Source of the DNA: Malacoraja senta
Lineage: Eukaryota
Length of the DNA stretch: 64,000 nucleotides
NCBI GenBank assembly: GCA_038087875.1
Contig: CM075990.1
Coordinates: forward strand, 3,784,001 to 3,848,000
Reading direction: 5' to 3'
How positions within the stretch are numbered: position 1 is the stretch's first letter; each line of letters begins with the position of its first letter. Of the stretch, positions 51,315-61,253 are shown piece after piece. A program made the translations under genes and the position numbers. The notes under the pieces were generated by a model. It saw only the letters and a list, made by a program, of their open reading frames with translations, was not told the DNA's origin and searched no databases.

Positions 51315-51915
51315 GAAACACAGAAAGTAGGTGCTGGCTGGAGTAGGCCATTCGGCCCTTCACGCCAGCACCGCCATTCAATATGATCATGGCTGATCAT
51401 CCAGAATCCTGTACCCCATTCTGCTTTCTCCCCATATCCCTTGATTCCGTTAGCCCAAAGAGCTAAATCTAACTCCCTTGAAAACATCCTGTGAATTGGC
51501 CTCCACTGCCTTCTGTGGCAGAGAATTCCACAGATTCACAACTCTCTGGGTGAAAAGGTATTTCCTCATCTTAGTTCTAAATGGCCTACCGCTTATTCTT
51601 AAACTGTGGCCCCTGGTTCTGGACTCTCCCAACATGGGGAACATTGACGAAGGGTCTGAAGAAGGGTTTCGGCCCAAAACGTTGCCTATCTCCTTCGCTC
51701 CATAGATGCTGCTGCACCCGCTGAGTTTCTCCAGCATTTTTGTGTACCTTTGATTTTCCAGCATCTGCAGTTCCTTCTTTAACAACATGGGGAACATTCT
51801 TCCTGTATCTAGCCTGTCCAATCCCTTAAGAATTGTACATGTTCCTATAAGATCCCCTCTCATCCTTCTAAATTCCAGTGAATATAAGCCCAGTTGATCC
51901 ATTCTTTCATCATAC
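51315..51915 (-). mobile_element. CR1 3' fragment interrupted by a Penelope pLTR unit
   Basis: CR1 C-terminal peptide on both sides of 51646-51782. Confidence 0.82.
51646..51782 (+). mobile_element. Solo Penelope pLTR unit with 16-bp TSD
   Basis: caacatggggaacatt at 51630-45 and 51783-98; the insert begins 10 nt upstream of a hammerhead core. Confidence 0.75.
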
Positions 51916-52724
51916 GTCCTGTTCTACTGATTAATATTTAACTCTAAACCACCGTGTTCAGAGTAAAATCAGATGATTTGCTCATTATCGCGTTGTGGTT
52001 TGTGTGACCTTGTTTTGTACAAATTAGCTGCTGCTTTTCCCAGGCAATAATAGATATCATGCAGCAAAATGTTCACAGATGTCCTAAGACCACGAAGGGA
52101 CTATACAGCTCAAAGTCCTTGGCATCAACCACCACGTCCGTTCGTAAAGCGCCTTTAATGCTTTGTTTGTTTTGTTTAGGTTTAGAGAAAGGCCGGTACG
52201 ACAAAGGGTCTGTTTCCACGCTGTATCTCTGTAGGCCCCGAGAGGGACAGCGCGGAAACAGGCCCTTCGGCCTACCAGGTCTTCGCCGACCAGCGATCCC
52301 CGCACACTAACATTATCCTACACGCACACTAGGGACAATTTACACTTATATCGGCCAATTAACCTACAAACCTGTACATCTTTGGAGTGTGTTTGCAGCT
52401 AAGCATCACAAAACAAAAGCTGATACCCAACAACACAAGAGACAGGCTTGGTTTAAGTAGTAGGTTATAAGCAGCATCATGAAAGGGAAGAGAGAAGTGG
52501 ACAAGATGTCTGTGCTATTGAGGGAGTGCAGCGTAGGTTCACAAGGTTAATTCCCGGGATGGCAGGACTGGCATATGCTGAGAGCATGGAGCGGCTGGGC
52601 TTGTACACTCTGGAATTTAGAAGGATGAGAGGGAATCTTATTGCAACATATAAGATTATTAAGGGTTTGGAGGCAGGAAACATGTTCCCGATGTTGGGGG
52701 CCACAGTTTAAGAATAAGGGGTAA

Positions 52725-53042
52725 AGGGCCTGTCCCACTGTACGAGCTAATTCAAGAGCTCTCCCGAGTTTAAAAAAAAAATCAAACTCGTGGTAAGCAC
52801 GTAGAATGTACGTAGCGGGTACGTCGGAGCTCAGGACGTCTCTTCACGGCTCGTAACGCTAACGGCAAGTACTCGGGAAATGCGGTAAGCTCGGGAAGAC
52901 TCGTGAAGATTTTTCAACATGTTGAAAAATGTCCATGAGAGCCCCGAGTACCTACGAGCGGCTATTACCGTAATTCTCCGAGTTCGAATCAGGGGAAACT
53001 CGGGAGAACTCTTGAATTAGCTTGTACAGTGGGACAGCCCCA
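52725..53042. mobile_element. TIR MITE family B inside a CR1 fragment
   Basis: TIR agggcctgtcccactgtacgagctaattcaagag; flanks TAA/TTA. Confidence 0.85.
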
Positions 53043-55859
53043 TTAGCCATTTAGAACCAAGATGAGGAAACACTTTTTCACACAGAGAGTTGTGAGTCTG
53101 TGGAATTCTCTGCCTCAGAGGGCGGTGGAGGCCGGTTCTCTGGACACTTTCAAGAGAGAACTAGATAGGGCTCTTGAAGATAGCGGAGTCAGGGGATATG
53201 GGGAAAAGGCAGGAACGGGGTACTGATTGTGGATGATCAGCCATGATCACATTGAATGGCGGTGCTGGCTCGAAGGGCCGAATCGCCGACTCCTGCACCT
53301 GTTGTCTATTGTCCAGCACAGTGGCCCAGCTGGTAGGGTTCCTGCCTCACAGCGCGAGAGACCCAGATACAATCCTGTCATTGTGGAGTTTACACGTTCT
53401 CCCTGTGACCGTGTGGGTTTGCTCCGGGTGCTCCAGTTTCCTCCCACATGCCAAATATGTGCAGGTTTGTTGGTTAACTGGCCCTATGTAAAATTGCCCC
53501 TACCTAGTGTGTGGGGAGTGGTCCAGAAAGTGGGATAAGATAGGACTGGTGTGAGCGGGTGAACAATGGTCAGCATGGGCTCAGTGGACGGTGGGACATG
53601 TTTCCATGCTGTTTCTCCAAACTAAATGTTTACGGTCTGGTTACAGGGGGGGGCAAGTCGGATGCGAGGGGCAAGGAGGGCGAACCAGGGTAATGCCTCC
53701 AGCGCCTTCACGGGTCGGCTGCAGGAGGTGCCCCCGGGCCACGAAGATGGCCGGTCGAGCAATGGAGACGGACGTCAGTTCACAGGAACTGCCCTAGTAC
53801 ATCGAGCGCGCGGGCCGACTGGATTTTGAATAATGTCGGCACCCGCATGTGTAATAACTGCAAAAAGACCTTCACTGTCCAGTTGCATCCATGACAACTA
53901 GAGCACCATGACAATTGTGGGCCATACCCATGCAGCACAAAACAGGCCCTTTGGCCCATCCTGCCCAAGCCAACCAAGACAGCATATCTACACTAGTCCC
54001 ACCTGCCCGCGTTTGTCCCATATCCCTCTAAACCTTTCCTCTTATGTATCTGTGCAAATGATTCCTAACGTCCACGTGTATCTAAAGGCCAGGCAGCATC
54101 TGCAATGTCTTGCCACTGTTTGAAAAGTATTTGTAATACCACGGTGCACAAACTCACATGTTCTGACTGTGTGGTCTAAATCTGAACATCTTTCCCATTG
54201 TTTAAATACATTTATACCTCTTGGCAACATTTTTAATCCACCTCGACTCGCTTTCCCACATAGCTTTGGACCATTGCCAATTCACATTTTGACAACAGAT
54301 GTCTTTTGATTAAAGTTATGAACACAGGGGCGCAGCAGTAGAGTTGCCACCTCACAGCACCATAGACCTAAGTTTGATCCTGACTACGGGTGCTGCCGTA
54401 TAGGCAATACACAATAGACAATAGGTGCAGGAGTAGGCCATTTGGCCCTTCGAGCCAGCACCGCCATTCAATGTGATCATGGCTGATCAACCCCAATCAG
54501 TACCCCATTCCTGCCTTCGCCCCATATAGCCTGACTCCGCTATCTTTAAGAGCCCTATCTAGCCCTACAGAGTTTGTACGTTCTCCCCGTGACCGCGTGG
54601 GTTTTCTCCGGGTGCTCCGGTTTCCTCCCACACTCCACAGGTTTGGGGTGAGTTTGTAGATGCATTGGCTTCTGTAAATCGTCCGCAGTGTGTAGGATAG
54701 AACTAATGCAGGGGTGATCGCTGGTTGGCATGGTTGGGCCGAAGGGCTTATTTCCACGCTGCATCCCTAAACTGAACCAAAACTAAACCTAAACCCGATC
54801 CTAAAACCCTAAACCTAAAACTATTGATGAAAATCTCAGGCCCTAGGGCCGATCTCTTTTATCTTCTGCTTCTTCTCCTCCACCCACACTCCTTGGGGTT
54901 TAGCAGCGACTTGCTTCCACTCCAGGTTTTAGTTTAGAGATACAGCACGGAAACAGGCCCTTCGGCCCACCGAGTCCGCGCCGACCAGTGATCCCGGCAC
55001 ATCAACACTATCCTACACACACTAGGGGCAATTTGCACATACACCAAGCCAATTAACCTACAAACCTGTACGTCTTAGGAGTGTGAGAGGAAACCAAAGA
55101 TCTGGGAGAAAACCCACACGGTCACGAAGGGGAACGTACAAACTCCGTCCAGATCGTAGTCGGGATCGAACCCGGGTCTCCGGCGCTGCAAGCGCTGTAA
55201 GGCAGCATCCCTATCGCCCGTGGGATCGGAGGCTATCCATCGTGGGAACCACGGACACTTGCAGAGATGGGGCGGGCAGTGCCCGACAGGGCTGGTGTCT
55301 GGGCAGTGGGTGAAGTTGTGCACCTCTCCGCTGCACCCGTGTGTCCTTGACGCACCACCGTAAAAAAGATGGGCCATGCTTCATCTGTCAAGCATGGTGG
55401 TCTTGTTGCCGCTCCAGTTAGAGTTTGGTGTTTTGACTTAATTGAGGCAATTGACTCTATCATCCATCTAAGGTTACAGGGAGAAGCCAGGAGAATGGGG
55501 TTGAGACAGAAAAATAGATCAGCCATGATTGAATGGCAGAGCAGACTAGATATGCCAACTGGCCTAATTCTGCTTCTATGTCTTATGATCCACCATATCA
55601 ATCCAATTTCCAAATTTGGTAGCAATTGGAAGCTCCTGATTTATGTCGCTCTCTATGTCACGTCATAGAGTCATACAGCACGGAAACAGGCCATGCGGCC
55701 TAACTTGTCCATGCCAAACAGGATATCCCATCTATGCCAGTTCCACCTGTCTGTGTTTGGCTCATATCCTTCTAAGTCTTTCCTATCTGTCCAAATGTAT
55801 TTTAAACGCTGTGATAGCCCCTGCCTCAACCACTTCCTCTGGCAGCTCGTTGCTACACC

Positions 55860-56673
55860 CAGAGGCGGAAAACCCAGGGGGGACAGAGGGGACACGTCCC
55901 CTCCATGTTTTGAGAGGTGGGGGACATCCCCCCCCCCAAGTTTTTGTAATCCGGATTTTAAATCCCGGTGAAATCACCGCTTTCCGCGAGACAGTGGGGG
56001 TGGGACTGCTGATCGAGGGCGCCGATTGGACGAGAGAGACATCGGTCAGCAGGCAATGGGGGCGGGTCATGATGATTCAGCGCAATGATTGGAGGAGGGA
56101 GGAGTAGGGGTGGGACTGAGGATTGAGTGCGGTGATTGGAGGAGGGAGGAGTAGGGGTGGGACTGAGGATTGAGTGCGGTGATTGGAGGAGGGAGACGTG
56201 GCACAGACCTACGCCTCATCCGCAGGCAGGATCGATCCCGGCCGGGTCTCCGGCGCTGTCCTGTCCCCTCCCGAGTACCCCACCCCCCCCCCCAAGGGTG
56301 GCCAGAGAGGTCGGCAGCAAAGATCCTCCGCTATAGGATCTTTGGTCGGTAGTCAGACCGGCGAGGTGCCCCCCAGGCCCACAGCCAGCGCAGAGAAGCA
56401 GCGCTAAACCAGGTCAACTCTGCCTGTCCCGCCAGGTGAGCCTATAGCCTTCCTGGACTGGCGGGAAATATGGCCAGCGCGGAGAAGCAGCGCTGGTATC
56501 CCGTCAGTCCAGACAGGGCTGTAGTTAACCTGGTGAGACAGGCATTGTTGAGCTGCATTTAGCGCTGGATTGAGCCTCCGAAGCCTTGTGTGTGTGTGTG
56601 CGCATGCGCGCGCGGCCGCCAAAAAATTGTGTCCCCCGTCCCCTCCATGTTTTGATAGCGAGTTCCGCTCTTG
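55860..56673. mobile_element. hAT-type non-autonomous element
   Basis: Imperfect TIR cagaggcggaa/ttccgctcttg; perfect 8-bp TSD gctacacc; inserted in a CR1. Confidence 0.8.
56318..56344. mobile_element. 27-bp collapsed hAT MITE nested in the element above
   Basis: caaagatcctccgctataggatctttg with TSD gtcgg(c/t)ag. Confidence 0.7.
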
Positions 56674-57964
56674 GCTACACCCACCGCCCTCTGTGTGAAA
56701 ACATTGCTCCTCAAATTTCTATTAAATCTTTCCCACCCCGCTCAATACCCATGCCCTTTGGTTCTTGATTGCCCAACTCTGGGTAAAGAGCCAGAACTAG
56801 TCTAATATTGGTTAAACCCATTTCCTGCAGCGCAGAGATGGTTCTCACCCTAATAATAGTGATCTTGGCCACAATATTATCACGATTCACAAATTCATAA
56901 CATGCAAGATGAGGATTAATGACAAAAATGACATGCTGGTTTTCCCTTTAATCTGCCGACATTGTAAAGAGAATGGGGCGGCACGGTGGCGCAGCGGTAA
57001 TGTTGCTGCCTGGAGACCAGGGGTTCGATCCCGACTACCGGTGCTGTCTGTACTGAGTCTGTACATTCCTCCTACACTCCAAAAAAATCACAGGTTTGTA
57101 GGTTAATTGGCTTGGGTTTGTATACTTGGTATAAGTGTCAATTGTCCCTAGTGTGTGCAGCACTTGTGTTAATGTGCGGGGATCGCTCGGCGGTGTGGAA
57201 TGGGTGGGCCTTTGTCCTGCCTCTCCTTTCTCCTAGCTGTCACTCCTCCCCCACAATCAGTCTTGAAGAAAGTTCCCAGCCCGAAACGTCACCGATCCAA
57301 AGATGCCCCCTGACCTGCAAAGTTACTCCCGCACTCTGCGTCTTCTTTTGTAAACCAGCATCTGCAGTTCCTTGTTTCTGCATTGTAATGAGGCCCAACT
57401 TACACAAACCAGTGACAAGACATGCTTCTCAGCTGCAGGGCTGCACAGTGTGTGCTGAATATTCAAGCAAGGAAGAATAACAACTTTACAAAGTGGCATA
57501 TTACCGTCTATCTTTTGACCCGCTGAAGGAAGTTGCAATATTTTAGGAAATGTCCTGCCAATAGTTTTAGAATTTGTTAGTTTACACTTGAAATACTTTG
57601 GATTTATGGTAAATATTGGGCTTCGCTATCTTGAGTGTGATGAATGATGGGGACTTAGCTTTATTAACAAAACACAGCTGCACAAGTGAGAATGCAAGTC
57701 TCATGGGCAAAGGTTAATTGAATCTCATGAATGTCTTTTTTTTTTTCCTTGCCCTCCCAAAACTAATTGCAAGTCGAGAAAATGACTTGCTATAAAATAC
57801 AGACAGATGTTGCTTGTACGATCGCTGCTGCAAGAGTTTCTATGGGTGCAAATAAATCAGACGCCTCTCTCCAAGCACCATGCTGCATGAAAGTGCTGGC
57901 TTCTTGAGCTCGGCAAGATGATCTTTGTGTTAATATTCCCACTTCCCAAACCGAGGATTCACAA

Positions 57965-58040
57965 CAAAGATCCTGTAGCATTAGTGTTAGGGTTAGGATT
58001 AGGATTAGGATTAGGGTTAGGCTCCGCTATAGGATCTTTG
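57965..58040. mobile_element. hAT MITE with telomere-like internal repeats
   Basis: TIR caaagatcct(g/a)tagc; TSD attcaca(a/c); inside, ttagtg ttaggg (ttagga)3 ttaggg ttagg. Confidence 0.72.
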
Positions 58041-58428
58041 ATTCACACGGCTAAAAGTAGCAATGGGATATAGGAGAGGCCAAAGGAGACACAAGGAACA
58101 GCAGATGCAGGGCTCCAAAAAAAGACACAAAGTGCCGGAGTAATTCAGCGAGGGTCAGGTAACTTCAAACTGAATGTTAATAGGTGATGTTTTGGTTAAG
58201 GTCCCGTCTTCAGACTCAAGAACATCACCTATTAGCATTGAGTCTGAAGAACTTGAAAAGACACCTTACTTTTGGTCTTCTCTGGAACATGCAGGTCCAG
58301 AACTCTAACCAATTGGCCTTTAACAATAATAAAAATGAACTGCAGATTCTGAATTATACCAAAGATAGACACAAAATGCTGGAGTAACTCAGCAGGTCAG
58401 ACAGCATCTCAGGAGACAATGGAAATGT

Positions 58429-58501
58429 GACGTTTCGGGTCGGGACCCTTCTTCAGATTCAATGTTTATAGGTGACGTTTCGGGTCGGGACCCTTCTTCA
58501 G
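58429..58501 (-). ncRNA. Two tandem minimal hammerhead cores 45 nt apart
   Basis: ctgaagaagggtcccgacccgaaacgtc twice on the minus strand. Confidence 0.6.
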
Positions 58502-59402
58502 TCTCAGTCTGAAGAAAGGTCCTGACCCAAAACGTCATCAAGCCCTGTTCACCAGAGAAACTACCTGACCTGCGGACTTACTCCAGCACCTTGTGTCTTT
58601 TTTAAAATATGGAAAAGACCAGCTTAGTTTAGCTTAGCGATACAGCATGGAAACAGGCCCTTGTCTCATCGAGTCCACACCAACCAACGATCACCCATAC
58701 ACTAGCACTGTCGTACACGCCAGGGACAATTTTGTTTACCAACGCCAATTAACCTACTAACCTGTACGTCTTTGAAATGTGGGAGGAAACCAGAGCACCC
58801 GGTGAAAACCCACACGGTCACAGGGAGAACGTACAAACTGCATACTGACGGCACCTGTAGTCGGGATCGAACCCGTGTTTCAGGTGATGCGAGGCAGCAA
58901 CTCTACCGCTGCGCCCCCGTGCCGCACTAGATCTGTTAATAATGCAACAAAAACATCCGTTCTGATGGAGTTGAACAGCTTAATTCATTAAAGTTCTCCA
59001 TTGGTTTAAGAAATCCCAAGCTTAAACAAGACAACCCTCTTTACTGAAACCAGTCTGAAGAGGGGCCCCAACCTGAAATGCCGCCTATTCATTTTCTCCA
59101 GGGTGTTAATCTCAATGTGTTAATCCAGTACTTTGTGTCTTTTTTTTTTGCAAGCAAGCATCAGCAGTTCCTTGTTTCTACAAACCATCCCTTATAGTAT
59201 TCTGTGCAAGCCACTACATTGTCCACCAGAATTTATAAATTCAAATGTCATAGGAGAGCAATTAGGCCACTTAGCCTGTCAAGTCTACTCTGCCACAACA
59301 CTATAATCCCATGGCTATTCACCACAGTAATATTGTTCGACACTGACCCCTTCAAACCCTCCTGCTAGTCTTTGTTAAGATTCAAGAGTCAAGAGAGAGT
59401 AA

Positions 59403-59702
59403 AGGCCCTGTCCCACTTTCCCGAGTTACTCCCGAGTTTTCCCCTTGATTAGAACTCTGAGAATTATGGTAATAGCCATTCGTAGGTACTTGGGACTATT
59501 TTTTTTAACTCGTGGACATTTTTCAACATGTTGAAAAAACGCCCCACCTTACCTGATGCCCCGAGTTCCTACGGCTGGCATTACGAGCCGCTACGATACA
59601 TCTACGGACTCCTACGGGCTCGCTACCGACATTCCCCGATTTCGAATCAAGGGGAAAACTCAGGAGAGTTCGTGAGTAACTCGGGAAAGTGGGACAGGGC
59701 TT
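59403..59702. mobile_element. TIR MITE family B-related
   Basis: TIR aggccctgtcccactttcccgagttactc; flanks TAA/TTA. Confidence 0.82.
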
Positions 59703-60778
59703 TTAAGAGTTGGTTAATTGTTACAGGTGCAGACAGTGGAAACAGTGACATTCCACACTTGCGATGGCATAACAGGCAAATAATCACAGTGCTCAAGAAT
59801 AGCATAATAAAAAACACAAAAATCAAAAGTTAGAAACCCAATTATTTTTCCAAAAAGCCCAATGTCTTTCGAGCAACCAAGAAAGTTCATCGTGCAGTTA
59901 GTGTTGTGCAGTTAGTGTTGAGCCTGATGGTTGATGGGCAGATGTTCTTGAACCTGGAGGTCACGGTTTTCAGACTCCTATACTTTCAACGTGATGGCAG
60001 AAGTGAAATGAGAGCATGGCCAGGGTGGTGTGGGTCCCTGATGATGCTGGCTGCCTTTTTGAATATTCATACAAGGACACCTGGCCTAGTTCTCGGAACC
60101 ACCACGTTGAGATACTTTGGCCCTCAAGAACCTCACAGTGGTAGAGTTGCTGCCTGATAAACTCACACTCGGTCGGGCGAAGGGCCTGTTCCCACGCTGT
60201 CTCACTAAATAAACTTAAAAATAGATGGCTATTGGCAGTTCCGGTATACGAATCATCCTCCATGGTTGATGTCACTCTTAAATCACTGTTGCACCAGTAC
60301 CAATGACAATAAACAATAGACAATATGTGCAGGAGTTGGCCATTTGGCCCTTCGAGCCAGCACCGCCATTCAATGTGATCATGGCTGATCATCCACAATC
60401 ACTACCCCGTTCCTGCCTTCTCCCCCCTATCCCCTGTCTTCGCTATTTTTAAGAGCCTTATCTAGCTCTCTCTTGAAAGCATCCAGAGAACCTGCCTCCA
60501 CTGCCCTCTCTTGCCCTGTACTGTACTAATGGGTTCTGGTAGAATAAAGGCTGAGCGTATGGGTCAGCAGCCATTGTTCTGGGCCAGTGATCCAGGAACA
60601 GTGGTGAAAATCCACCAAGGCAGCTGGAAATTAGTGCAATTAAATACATTTGCAATTTTTCAAAAATCTGGTTTGGGTCACGTTAACCACGTTTGATTTT
60701 GTTTTTTAAAAAAACACTTGGTTCACTGGCAACCTTTATTGAAGGGGTAAAAAAAAAAATCACAAAGTACAGGAGTAA

Positions 60779-61177
60779 AGGGGCTGTCCCACTGCGGCGA
60801 CCTAATTGGCGAATTTAGGAGAGTTTGAAAAAGTGTCATGATGAAGACCTCCTTTGACTATGTTGAAGACTATCTACAATTACCGTCGACTACCCTCGAT
60901 TACCTACGAATAACATGCCGACCTACTACGATCTACTTCGACTAAACCTACGATCGATTTTTTCCATGGTGACCTTTTTTTACTCGTGGGCATTTTTCAG
61001 CGTGTTGAAAAATACGCCGCGACCTAGCTGAGGCCTCGAGTACGCGGGGACTACTCTCAAGCATGAAAGAGAGTTACAAAGACCTCCTAGGACCTCGTGT
61101 CGACCATGCTGCGAGTATGAGTCGAGGGCAAACTCTACTAAACTCGCCAATTAGGTTGTTACAGTGGTACAGCCCCT
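60779..61177. mobile_element. TIR MITE family C
   Basis: aggggctgtcccactgcggcgacctaattggcga ... tcgccaattaggttgttacagtggtacagcccct; interrupts a Penelope remnant. Confidence 0.8.
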
Positions 61178-61253
61178 CAAGGCAGCATCTCTGGAGAGCA
61201 TGGATAGGTGATGTTTCGGGTTGAGAGCCTTCTTTAGACTATTGTGAACAGGT

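Noticed and set aside
54780..54822. Telomere-like ccctaa motifs
   Set aside because: Degenerate (taaac)n tail of the adjacent SINE.
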